The notes: generated from the letters alone by a model not told the origin. Positions 7,646 to 15,990 are shown, counted from the first letter of the stretch. The stretch is DNA of 16,537 nt from a virus (IMGVR_UViG_2703718786_000004), one strand, 5' to 3'. Translations and numbers: made by a program.

Positions 7646-9673
7646 TTACGCCGTACATTTCACCAGACCGCGGTGATCAACTGGCGCGACACCGGCGTCA
7701 ATACGCACTTTCGTTGTCACGCCATCCACACTGAAGCCCTCCATCTGATCAATATATGGCGTATCCACACCGTTGAGATAAGCCACTTCAATCGTATCGG
7801 AGCCTTTGGACGCAGCCAGGTAGAAGGTGGTCTGGCTGTTATCATCAAGACGAGGCTCTGCAATAACGGTCGCAAAATCTTTCACCGGGTTAATAATACC
7901 GGCGTTAATGTCAGCCCCCTTGACACTTGAGGAGCGAATGACCTGGTTAGCAACAGACTCCATCGCCGTCGGTACCAGTACGAACGCAGGACGAATATTC
8001 AGATGACGCTCCCCCTCTTTCTGAACGCGCATCAACTGGCGGGCTTTATCCAGCGATGCCACGTCCATTGCAGCGCTCTCCAGTACGTTTGCATGTTTCG
8101 CTTTATCGAACAGACTTACATTATCTGTGGAGATTTTCGGGTTAGACGTCAGAATGGCATAAACCAGATCGGCAATAGTGGATTTCGCCGCACGGCCCAG
8201 TTTCATCGGGACATCGGTCAGCATATTCAGATCATCATTGATAATGGCCTGACGGGTGATACTGAACAGCTCGCCATAGGTCGCCAGTGCAATAGTGGCC
8301 TGTTTATCTCCGGTGGTGACGTATTTATATTCCGCCCCTTCACGCACCTGACGCAGAGCACTGAAGCCCCCCATACCCACACGATGGGCAATTTTAAAAT
8401 CAGACAACTGACCTTTCCGCGTCCACTGTTCATAGGTTTCAGGGGCATCTTCCCAGCCCTGCAGAATGGCTTTGTTCGCAACATCCAGCAGAATATTACC
8501 GAAGTCAGACGTACTGTGTGTGAACGCCGCACCGACCATCTGCATCGGGTTATAACTGGAAACCCCAATACCCCGTTCAGTCAGTGACATACGGGCATAT
8601 TCACGCAGGGTCATCCCGTTGTAGACATTATCACGTTCGGTTTTTTCAAATCCGGCACGCGCCATCAGCGCCTGGCGGATCCCGTCCCCCACAAAATTAC
8701 CGTTACCGGCATAAATATGAGCCGGGGTATTTTTATTGGATGGCGTGGACTCGCGCCCCATCTCGTTCAACAACTTTTCGCGGGCCTGCTCCAGCGAACA
8801 TTCAGGATCGGCAAGACACTGAGCCTGCAGCGTCTGATAACGCCCGCCAAACATGGCAAACAGATCATTAATACCGTTTACACGCGCTTTTTGCTCTGCC
8901 AGTACCTGCGCACGGATACTGTTTTCATCCACCACGGGTGCTGCTGCCTGCACTGGCGTCCGGGAGGCTGCAGGTTCATCATCCTGTACGCGTGGAGCAC
9001 TGTTGCGTGGCGGAGTAATCATGTTTCGAATGGATTCCGGCATCTTTTTAAATTCCTCTGTACGTTTTGACTGAATACATGCCATTGCCTTAACGGCTGG
9101 CGTTACCTGATCAGCAAATCCCTGTGCCAGACATTCGGCACCGGACATCCAGGTCTCATCCGCCAGCATGGCAGCAATTTCATCGGTGGTTTTCCCGGTT
9201 TTCTGTGCATAAGCGGGTAACAGAACCGCCTCAACCTTATCGAGCAGGTCGGCATAGGTGCGCATGTCCTCCGCATCACCGCCCGTAAAGCCAAATGGTT
9301 TATGAATCATCATGAAGGTGTTTTCCGGCATAATGACCGGGTTTCCCACCATCGCAATGACCGACGCCATTGACGCCGCCACACCGTCGACATAAACGGT
9401 AATGGACGCACCATGTGTTTTCAGCGCATTAAAAATGGCGATGCCTTCAAAGACATCGCCACCCGGTGAATTAATATGGAGATTAATGTGGGTGATATCG
9501 CCCAGTGCATTCAGATCACTGATAAACTGCTTCGCTGTAACACCCCAGAAACCAATCTCGTCATAAATATAAATATCCGCGTCACTCTGGTGACCAGCCT
9601 GCATCCTGAACCAGGAATTATTCTTCGGACTGGTCGTCGGTGTGCTGTGGCTCCTGTCGTTTCGTTGCGGCAC
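7646..9673 (-). CDS. Fused prohead protease (ClpP/S14-like) and major capsid protein, about 675 aa
   Basis: One uninterrupted reading frame. The N-terminal ~200 aa carry ClpP-type catalytic motifs read from the translation: DIYIYDEIG, serine motif GVAASMAS and histidine motif MMIHKP. A Pro/Ala-rich linker and helical segment follow, then a C-terminal ~300 aa that I interpret as the capsid shell domain. Likely start is GTG 9673-9671, with AAGGAGG 5 nt upstream, overlapping the portal 3' end; alternative start ATG 9604. The track's 9865 start is an artefactual extension inside the portal gene. Confidence 0.75.
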   Translation of the reverse strand: MPQRNDRSHSTPTTSPKNNSWFRMQAGHQSDADIYIYDEIGFWGVTAKQFISDLNALGDITHINLHINSPGGDVFEGIAIFNALKTHGASITVYVDGVAASMASVIAMVGNPVIMPENTFMMIHKPFGFTGGDAEDMRTYADLLDKVEAVLLPAYAQKTGKTTDEIAAMLADETWMSGAECLAQGFADQVTPAVKAMACIQSKRTEEFKKMPESIRNMITPPRNSAPRVQDDEPAASRTPVQAAAPVVDENSIRAQVLAEQKARVNGINDLFAMFGGRYQTLQAQCLADPECSLEQAREKLLNEMGRESTPSNKNTPAHIYAGNGNFVGDGIRQALMARAGFEKTERDNVYNGMTLREYARMSLTERGIGVSSYNPMQMVGAAFTHSTSDFGNILLDVANKAILQGWEDAPETYEQWTRKGQLSDFKIAHRVGMGGFSALRQVREGAEYKYVTTGDKQATIALATYGELFSITRQAIINDDLNMLTDVPMKLGRAAKSTIADLVYAILTSNPKISTDNVSLFDKAKHANVLESAAMDVASLDKARQLMRVQKEGERHLNIRPAFVLVPTAMESVANQVIRSSSVKGADINAGIINPVKDFATVIAEPRLDDNSQTTFYLAASKGSDTIEVAYLNGVDTPYIDQMEGFSVDGVTTKVRIDAGVAPVDHRGLVKCTA

Positions 9674-11126
9674 TGCTGCCTCCTTTATCACTGGCCGGAT
9701 CGGTATCAAATACCAGATCCAGCTTGCGGTTTTCATCAATTTCGGCCTTGCGCCGACGTTTGACATCATCCGGATTACGACCACCTGCACGTACCCAGTC
9801 TGATTCTGTCGCCGCTCCACCACGAATCTGGATTTTCCAGGCCTCAGCCTCCTTAACAGGGTCAATCCACGGCATCACTGGTCCGGAATACACCGCGGTA
9901 TACAGTGAAGAACGGTCAAGATCGCGGGGTAGCCTGATAACACCGGATGCCACAGCCTGTTTCAGCCAGGCACGATACATCGGGCGGGTGACGGCACCAA
10001 TAAACCAGTCCTGCAGGATCAGGTAGCCATCAGTAGACTCAACCAGTTCCTGACGCTGGGCGCTGTAAGTGCCGTTATAGTTGCGTGCCGTACTGGAAAA
10101 ACTCAGACGACTGCCCGCCGCCACGGCACGCAACTGACCATTACGAAAAGTTTCAAGGTTAGGATTGGGACGATCCGACTTCACCATTCCGATTTCTTCG
10201 CCGGGTTTCAGATCGTCGTAAATAATGCCTGGCTGAATGGTAAGCTCGCGTTCATTCTCCTTGCTGCCATTACCATCCGGTTCATAGCTCTGCCCGTCGC
10301 CTTTCCGGATGTACATCCCCAGAGCAGCGGCGATCCTTGCTGCAGTCAGCTCAGAATCTTCATACTCTTTCAGGGCACTGAGGCGGATCAGCACACCGGA
10401 CAACAAAGACGTCCCGCGCATCTGGTGCAGACGGCGAACAAATTTAAGATGCAGCATTCGCTCTGCATCCACTTCTTTGGTTTCCATCTGCCGCCCGGAT
10501 ACGGGACGGCTTTTATACACCAGATATTTTTCGGGACGCCCCCAGTCATCAACAAACACGCCCTGATTCAGCCTGTTGCTCTCATCACTGGTCATGGGAA
10601 TAAAGTCCGGCTCGAGCGCCTCCAGCCAGAAATGAACACCGGCAGAAGGCGTCAGGCTGTTTATGCGCCCGGAAACCATCTGGGCAAACACCTCACCATC
10701 GCGCAGCCAGGTACGCAGCATCAGACGTTCCAGCATCGGACGGGTAAACTGCCCGGTGACTTCCGGACTGACAGACCATTCACTCCATCGGGTGCGTATC
10801 TCCGCTGCCAGATCACGGGCAATGGCCCCATTGCGTAATACCGGATGTGGCTCGACAATAATCCCGTTTTTCCCCACCACCCGTTCTTCCAGCTTGTCAA
10901 ATACACCAATAACCAGATCGTGGTTGTTATCAAGGTAACGGGCCTGCTCACGTAACGACACGGCCCCGTACTGGCTTAACTGGTCGGCAGTTCGGTTTTC
11001 CCGCCGGGCTTTGTGTGTCCGCGTCGTTTTTACGGCCTCATAAGCCTGGATCACCGCACGGGAACGCAGCCTTGCCGCTTTCCATCCTGGTGAAAAAACG
11101 CCAATCACATCATCAAGAATTGCCAT
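9618..11126 (-). CDS. Portal protein, about 502 aa
   Basis: Large ORF between the W-like gene and the protease-capsid gene, the conserved portal position. Start reset to ATG 11126-11124, which overlaps the W-like stop (ATGA) and is preceded by GAGG. Acidic C-terminus. Not obviously similar to lambda B. Confidence 0.75.
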   Translation of the reverse strand: MAILDDVIGVFSPGWKAARLRSRAVIQAYEAVKTTRTHKARRENRTADQLSQYGAVSLREQARYLDNNHDLVIGVFDKLEERVVGKNGIIVEPHPVLRNGAIARDLAAEIRTRWSEWSVSPEVTGQFTRPMLERLMLRTWLRDGEVFAQMVSGRINSLTPSAGVHFWLEALEPDFIPMTSDESNRLNQGVFVDDWGRPEKYLVYKSRPVSGRQMETKEVDAERMLHLKFVRRLHQMRGTSLLSGVLIRLSALKEYEDSELTAARIAAALGMYIRKGDGQSYEPDGNGSKENERELTIQPGIIYDDLKPGEEIGMVKSDRPNPNLETFRNGQLRAVAAGSRLSFSSTARNYNGTYSAQRQELVESTDGYLILQDWFIGAVTRPMYRAWLKQAVASGVIRLPRDLDRSSLYTAVYSGPVMPWIDPVKEAEAWKIQIRGGAATESDWVRAGGRNPDDVKRRRKAEIDENRKLDLVFDTDPASDKGGSSAATKRQEPQHTDDQSEE

Positions 11127-11338
11127 CAGAACCTCGCCAGCCGGTACCCGGGATGCCCCCGTCGTCGTGTAATCAGAGCCGCAAGGCGGCGCTCCCACTC
11201 CTGCCGTCCCTGCCGGATCTCAGATAAGTTTTCCATGGTCATCTGCTGACCATTAAAGGTGACGGATTTTCCGTCCAGCACCGCCATTTCAGCTTCCGTA
11301 TAACGCTGAATCATGGCTTCGATATCATTCTGGTTCAT
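11126..11338 (-). CDS. W: Head-tail joining / head completion protein (lambda gpW-like), about 70 aa
   Basis: Small ORF between terminase large subunit and portal, as for lambda W. C-terminal region (...LAALITRRRGHPGYRLARF) resembles the lambda W C-terminus (...TQRRRGPAGFYV). Start ATG 11338-11336 overlaps the terminase stop (ATGA); ATG 11344 is an alternative. Confidence 0.7.
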   Translation of the reverse strand: MNQNDIEAMIQRYTEAEMAVLDGKSVTFNGQQMTMENLSEIRQGRQEWERRLAALITRRRGHPGYRLARF

Positions 11339-13437
11339 AACCATCCTCCGGAAGTCAGCCAGGGGTTAACATCGTCAGTTACTGTTTTCTTCCGTTTTTG
11401 TTTTTTAACAGGCGTGGATACCGGTTCCGGTGAGGGTGACGGTTCGGTACTGTCCGGGACACACTCCAGCCAGGTTTCCCGGCTCGCCCACTCCGGTGCA
11501 TCCGGCCAGCGGATCTTTTCGTATCCATGCAGAATGACCAGAGCCTCGGCATACACCATCAGGTCAAAAGCTTCGTTGGCACCGCGACCCGGCTTACTCC
11601 ATTTCCCGTCACTACTCCGCTCTTCATACGTCAGTTCGTCGTAAAACCAGCTCCCCAGCCAGTCAGGGAAATGCACATAGCCGGGACCTGGCGAGTCACG
11701 CCATAACGCGTTATTCACCCGGTCTTTCAGGGCATCCGTCTGAAGAAGCCAGAGCGGCACATCACCTGCGGCCTGCGCCCGTCGGCCCGTTCGTCCGGTG
11801 TTATCAGGGAATGTACGGGTGATCAGTTTTGCGCGCCGGATGCTGTCGCCCTTAAACAGGTAAATACGTTTACCAAGGCCATCACGACGGCAACGACGCC
11901 AGAATTTATAGGCATTATCAGTGACCCCGTCTTCACCGCCGGAGTCCACCGCCATTGCCATCAGTCGCATTTGTTGAGAAGGATCGGAGGCCAGCGGCCA
12001 GCTTTTATGAAAAACATCCGTCAGCAGGACATCCCAGTCTTCCGGATAGCTGGCCGGATCAATTCGCTGGCTCTCCCCGTCGCTGTCACCGCGCAATGAC
12101 TGCGTGATGTTGTAACGATCAATAATCCAGCGTTCGCCACGGCTGCCATAGCCCGTTACCTGAACCACAAAACGGCGATGACGTCCCGCCTGCACATCAA
12201 CTGTCGCCACCAGGAAATTAACGCCATCCGGCACACTGCGGGAAGGAACTGGCTCTGCCCGCTGCTCAAGCAGTTCACTTTTTCGTTGCTCCATGCTGGC
12301 ACGGGGAAGATAAGGTAATCCCCAGTCGGTATTGATAACCGTCTTGAGTGTTTCTTCACTTCCGGTTGTCTCGTATTCCTGTTCTGCAGTAAGCAGTTTG
12401 TAAACGAGTTGCGAGAGTGTCTGGTAAGCAGCTGCCGGACCCTCCATCCAGAATGACGCAATACGTGAGCGTCGGGGATCACCATAACGACTGCCATCCG
12501 CATTGATGGATTCACCATCCCGCAACCAGACCCCACGTCCGTTCAGCTCACGTTTTTGTTCAGGCATAATCCGTCCTGAACAGGAAGGACACTGAATATA
12601 AGCCGCCTCACTTGCCAGCACGGGATCGGCAATATCACGGAAACCAGCAACCACATCGCCGCAGGGCTGAAAATACTCACCACAGTGTGGACAGGGCCAG
12701 TACCAGCGACGGCGATCGCCACGGTTATAGAGCGACAGTATCCCCGTGGTTGGTGGAGCCTCATGCGGTGAAGTCCGTCGCCATTTCACATCCTTCACAT
12801 CCCTGCCGGGGGAACTCTCCACCAGCGTCATACCACTGGACATAAATGTGGTGGTACGTTTTGAGGCAAGAGAGAAGGCATCCCCCTCGCCATCAATATC
12901 TTCCGGAAAACGGTCATAATCCGTCAGCGCCACGCATTTATAATCTGATGAGGACATGATATTGACTGACGGCCAGCCGATTTTCAGGTAGTTGCCAGCA
13001 AGGAATGTTCTGTCATAAACGTTGTTGTCATTTTTGTTCGGACTCAGGCGACTGACCACTTCCGGGCTGACGCGAAACGTTCTGGCAAGTCGTTTTTTGG
13101 AGTGTTCGCGGGCTTTTTCCTCCGTCATCTGAATGATCAGCATATCCGCAGGATCGCAAATCACGTTGTAAATCACCCAGCCGTCAATCAGGCCGATAGT
13201 CTTGCCAGTTCGTGCCGGGCCAACAAATATCACTGCGTCGTATTCACGCGAGGCCAGGCAGTTCATCGGCTCAATAACATACGGTGCCACCAGCGGATCC
13301 CACGGGACTGAGTTCCCGGCCCCCATGGGCACCCGCATATACTGAGCAACGGCATCAGCAACCCGCATTCGTCTCGGTGCGCGAAGGATATAACCTGAAT
13401 CGGTTCGTGCTGCCTTTGCGGTTTCCTGATTCAGCAT
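11335..13437 (-). CDS. Terminase large subunit (lambda gpA family), 700 aa
   Basis: N-terminal Walker A-like VGPARTGKT; the CPHCGE zinc-finger-like motif also present in lambda gpA (CPHCGEE); size and position immediately downstream of the small subunit, with overlapping start/stop. Confidence 0.9.
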   Translation of the reverse strand: MLNQETAKAARTDSGYILRAPRRMRVADAVAQYMRVPMGAGNSVPWDPLVAPYVIEPMNCLASREYDAVIFVGPARTGKTIGLIDGWVIYNVICDPADMLIIQMTEEKAREHSKKRLARTFRVSPEVVSRLSPNKNDNNVYDRTFLAGNYLKIGWPSVNIMSSSDYKCVALTDYDRFPEDIDGEGDAFSLASKRTTTFMSSGMTLVESSPGRDVKDVKWRRTSPHEAPPTTGILSLYNRGDRRRWYWPCPHCGEYFQPCGDVVAGFRDIADPVLASEAAYIQCPSCSGRIMPEQKRELNGRGVWLRDGESINADGSRYGDPRRSRIASFWMEGPAAAYQTLSQLVYKLLTAEQEYETTGSEETLKTVINTDWGLPYLPRASMEQRKSELLEQRAEPVPSRSVPDGVNFLVATVDVQAGRHRRFVVQVTGYGSRGERWIIDRYNITQSLRGDSDGESQRIDPASYPEDWDVLLTDVFHKSWPLASDPSQQMRLMAMAVDSGGEDGVTDNAYKFWRRCRRDGLGKRIYLFKGDSIRRAKLITRTFPDNTGRTGRRAQAAGDVPLWLLQTDALKDRVNNALWRDSPGPGYVHFPDWLGSWFYDELTYEERSSDGKWSKPGRGANEAFDLMVYAEALVILHGYEKIRWPDAPEWASRETWLECVPDSTEPSPSPEPVSTPVKKQKRKKTVTDDVNPWLTSGGWL

Positions 13438-13931
13438 TACTCCTCCTGCTGTAATTCCTCCTCATCATCCGCACCTGCTTCAGTCACCCGCAGGGCTATC
13501 TGATCGCGCAGATCATCAATAATGGACTGAACACGGCTCACAGCGGCAGGCTGCAGACCGCAGTCACGTTCCAGAATATCCGGTAATGTCTCCAGCACCT
13601 GCACGACCGCTTTTGCCCAGATGGCAAACTCCCGTCTGACATCACTGGCCGGAATGAGTTGTGCCGTTTCCTGTTCGAACTTAAGACGCTCACGTTCAGA
13701 CTGATACCAGGCTTTGCGCTCATGCGCGTCCATTTCGCCTTCTGCAACCGGCGGTGGCAATGCCAGAAATGCCGACACAATATCAACCACCCGATAAAGC
13801 TTGAGGTTGCTTTCATGCCCCCCTGCAACGGGTAGATTTTGCAGCCTTGCCGCAGCAGTCTGGCGATGTACACCTGACAGTGCCGCCAGTTGACTGATAT
13901 TCAGCGTCAGATTTTTTAACTCTCGATCCAT
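13437..13931 (-). CDS. Terminase small subunit (Nu1-like), 164 aa
   Basis: First gene downstream of the cos site, about 175 nt from cosN as in lambda. N-terminal helix-turn-helix-like segment (LNISQLAALSGVHRQTAAARL) and acidic C-terminus; its stop overlaps the large-subunit ATG. Confidence 0.8.
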   Translation of the reverse strand: MDRELKNLTLNISQLAALSGVHRQTAAARLQNLPVAGGHESNLKLYRVVDIVSAFLALPPPVAEGEMDAHERKAWYQSERERLKFEQETAQLIPASDVRREFAIWAKAVVQVLETLPDILERDCGLQPAAVSRVQSIIDDLRDQIALRVTEAGADDEEELQQEE

Positions 13932-14150
13932 ACCCGCTCCAGAATGTTTTAAACATGCATCTTGCGAACAACTTTAGGCAAACGGTGTTAGTGATGAACA
14001 AAAAACAATCAAAATCGACACCGCAAAAATAAAACTACTGCAATATCAATCAATTACAGCAGTGGCGATGACGAATGAAATTTCAAAAACTAGCCTTTTT
14101 CCGCGACGCTCCCGCCCCGTGGCAGGCCACCCCACCGGGAGGACCCGTCA
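13932..14150 (-). other. cos site: cosQ-like and cosN-like elements plus an A/T-rich cosB region
   Basis: Minus strand reads ...ACGGGTCCTCCCGGTGGGGTGGCCTGCCACG-GGGCGGGAGCGT-CGCGG..., against lambda ...ACGGGTCCTTTCCGGTGATCCGACAGGTTACG-GGGCGGCGACCT-CGCGGG... (lambda sequence from memory). The cosN-like 12-mer is at plus 14106-14117. The A/T-rich stretch from there to the terminase small subunit start corresponds to cosB. Confidence 0.75.
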
Positions 14151-14511
14151 GCCTGACAGCTCTGACGAACGTCTGATACAACGCCTTGCATGAATGGCAT
14201 CGGGATAATCCAGAAAGGCATAGCATCGTGCCCACAAGAATCTGTGTAAGTGTCCTGTTTCTTCCACCCCCGCACAGGACTGGCGAGCATGAGGGACAAA
14301 CCCGCGAACCATAAACGCGGTAAAAACCCGGTGTGCATCGTTTTTGATTATTCCCGCACACTCGCGCAGAAGGAGTTCCCCGTCGGGCTACGGTCTCTGT
14401 TAATACGGGAATACGGCGACGATACAGCGCATGATGTGTCAGGCTTGAATACCTTTATCCGTTAAAAGGGATATCAGTTAAGCTATCCCGTGTAGGGTAT
14501 AAGCCATTATC

Positions 14512-14545
14512 AAAGCCACTCTGTAGGGAGTGGCTTTTGTAATGG
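14512..14545 (+). terminator. Terminator-like hairpin readable on the plus strand
   Basis: AAAGCCACTC-TGTAGG-GAGTGGCTTT (10-bp perfect stem) followed by TGTAATGG; the U tract is partly inside the stem. It lies about 45 nt after the stop of a small plus-strand ORF (14289..14465). Confidence 0.35.
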
Positions 14546-14573
14546 CAATAAAAAGCCCCGCGAATGCGAGGCT
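14546..14573 (-). terminator. Intrinsic terminator-like hairpin downstream of Rz/Rz1
   Basis: Minus strand AGCCUCGC-AUUC-GCGGGGCU (8-bp stem with one G-U pair) followed by UUUUAUU, about 175 nt after the Rz stop. Confidence 0.5.
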
Positions 14574-14746
14574 AAATCCTGGTATTTGTAATGACTGGCT
14601 CTTATCTCAACGCAGCCCCTTACCGCGCGCAAGATGCTCAATATCAAGCATCAGCAATGAGATGTTTAATCTGGATTCACTCCAGAAGTGATCACCATCC
14701 TGTCTACAGAGCCAGATGTGAAGGATGATGAGTAAAATTATCGCTA

Positions 14747-15214
14747 TCATCGAAGGCATTGCGTCCTGATGTATTCCTGAAGCGTTCTCAGTGCTGTTTG
14801 GTCGCGGATAATTCCGTCCCGGATACCGAGAACGTTTCGTCCAGCAACTGGAGAGAGTTCGACGGTGGCATCATTGCCCATGCCGGAGGCGCTGGAGGTT
14901 TCGGCTGAGGATGGCACAGGGCATTTTCCTTTGACGAACACCCGACCACCATTATCAAGCTTGCGCCGAAGAGCATCATTTTCAGCTTTCGCATCAGCTA
15001 ACTCCTTCGTGTATTTAGCATCGAGTGCATCAGCAGAACGCTGGCGCTGCTGCATGTCAGTAATGGTGGCGGTCGCCTGCTTCAGCTCACTGACTTTTTT
15101 ATCTCGCTGTTCTTTGTAGGCGATGGCGTTATCACGGTAATGATTGACCGCCCACGACAGGCAGACGATGATGCAGATAACCAGAGCGGAGATAATCGCG
15201 GTTACTCTGCTCAT
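14747..15214 (-). CDS. Rz: Rz i-spanin (lambda Rz-like), about 155 aa
   Basis: [37 protein letters not shown]...ITDMQ.RQR...[21 protein letters not shown] is near-identical to lambda Rz over the N-terminal half. Start reset to ATG 15214-15212, overlapping the endolysin stop (ATGA). Confidence 0.9.
   Translation of the reverse strand: MSRVTAIISALVICIIVCLSWAVNHYRDNAIAYKEQRDKKVSELKQATATITDMQQRQRSADALDAKYTKELADAKAENDALRRKLDNGGRVFVKGKCPVPSSAETSSASGMGNDATVELSPVAGRNVLGIRDGIIRDQTALRTLQEYIRTQCLR
14788..14994 (-). CDS. Rz1: Rz1 o-spanin lipoprotein, embedded in the +1 frame of Rz, 68 aa
   Basis: Entirely within Rz in a different frame. [19 protein letters not shown] carries a lipobox-like VVGC; Pro-rich mature region [16 protein letters not shown] parallels lambda Rz1 (…VVVGC…KPPPPPAW…). 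Confidence 0.85.
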   Translation of the reverse strand: MRKLKMMLFGASLIMVVGCSSKENALCHPQPKPPAPPAWAMMPPSNSLQLLDETFSVSGTELSATKQH

Positions 15215-15708
15215 TGTTGCCCCCACAAACAGACTTCACGCTCAATCTCACGACGAGTCATCAGGCCTTTCCATTGCTTACCGCCAGCGTATATCCAGCG
15301 ACGTAGCTGGTCACATGCGCCTTTGATATCGCCCTGGTTTATTTTGCGAAGAAGCGTCGATGTTCTGAAATTGCCAGCACCCACGTTGTAGACGAACGAG
15401 TAAAGAGCGCCGCGCGTTGTTTCCGGTATATCGACTTTGATGTACGGGTTAATTTGTCTGGCAACCGTGGCAAGGTCTTTATTCAGGAGGGCTTTGCATT
15501 CTGCTTCGGTATACGTTTTACCGAGCATGATGTCTTTTCCGGTGTGTCCGTGACATACAGTCCATACGCCAACGATATCTTTGTATGGTATGTAGCTGAC
15601 ACCTTCCAGGCCATCGTCACCACTTGGGCCAGTGATTAACACTGATGCTATAGCAATTGCTCCGCCACCAATAGCAGCAGCAACTGCTTTTCGTAATGAT
15701 GGAGGCAT
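15211..15708 (-). CDS. R: SAR endolysin (phage 21 R21-type, T4-lysozyme fold), 165 aa
   Basis: N-terminal Gly/Ala-rich weakly hydrophobic segment [20 protein letters not shown] (signal-anchor-release domain), then lysozyme catalytic region (GLEG...[10 protein letters not shown]...). Sequence matches phage 21 R as I recall it. Confidence 0.9.
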   Translation of the reverse strand: MPPSLRKAVAAAIGGGAIAIASVLITGPSGDDGLEGVSYIPYKDIVGVWTVCHGHTGKDIMLGKTYTEAECKALLNKDLATVARQINPYIKVDIPETTRGALYSFVYNVGAGNFRTSTLLRKINQGDIKGACDQLRRWIYAGGKQWKGLMTRREIEREVCLWGQQ

Positions 15709-15923
15709 TATTCACCTCTCGCAGCCTTGCGCTTATCTTCTTTAATCTTGAAATAAAGGTTTGTCAGGTACGTCAGCAGGCCAAATACCAGGCTACCCAG
15801 CACACCTATTGCTGCCCACTGTGAGGGCGTGACTTTATCGAGCAGCTGTAAAAACCAGTAACCGGCACTACCTGCTGAGGTGCCATAGGCGACACCCGTT
15901 GTTAACTTATCCATGGATTTCAT
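15708..15923 (-). CDS. S: Pinholin (phage 21 S21-type) with dual-start motif, 71 aa
   Basis: Track ORF starts at a TTG (15989) inside the upstream terminator; the real start is ATG 15923, preceded by GAGGTGG. MKSMDK...GSAGYWFLQ...[32 protein letters not shown] matches S21. Met1-Lys-Ser-Met4 gives the antiholin (71 aa) and holin (68 aa) starts. Its stop overlaps the endolysin ATG. Confidence 0.9.
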
Positions 15924-15958
15924 AACCCCACCTCGCAGATGCGGGTGCTGTGTAATGG

Positions 15959-15984
15959 AAATAAAAAGGCCACCTGACGTGGCC
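15959..15984 (-). terminator. Intrinsic terminator-like hairpin between the methyltransferase-like ORF and the holin gene
   Basis: Minus strand GGCCAC-GUCAG-GUGGCC followed by UUUUUAUUU, beginning within 10 nt of the upstream ORF stop (15991) and ending about 35 nt before the holin ATG. Confidence 0.5.
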
Positions 15985-15990
15985 ACCAAA

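Noticed and set aside
8003-9070. Several plus-strand ORFs (194, 117, 95 aa) inside the protease-capsid gene
   Set aside because: Antisense shadow ORFs; the minus-strand frame carries unambiguous ClpP motifs.
9604-9865. N-terminal 87-codon extension of the protease-capsid ORF as given in the track (start 9865)
   Set aside because: Would overlap the portal gene by about 250 nt, and the extension lacks a ribosome-binding site; the GTG at 9673 with AAGGAGG, or the ATG at 9604, are more plausible starts.
13538-13873. 111-aa minus-strand ORF
   Set aside because: An alternative frame wholly inside the terminase small subunit gene; no independent support.
14186-14209. Possible sigma-70 promoter (TTGCAT ... 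GATAAT) for the small plus-strand ORF
   Set aside because: Spacer between the hexamers is only 12 nt, too short for a functional -35/-10 pair.
14083-14361. Minus-strand ORFs of 92 and 82 aa spanning the cos site
   Set aside because: They run across cosN/cosQ, are Cys/Gly/Arg-rich with no ribosome-binding site, and a gene across the packaging cleavage site is implausible.
15924-15989. Holin ORF extension starting at TTG 15989 (as in the track)
   Set aside because: The extension runs through a terminator hairpin and has no ribosome-binding site; the MKSMDK start at 15923 matches S21 and has a GAGGTGG Shine-Dalgarno.
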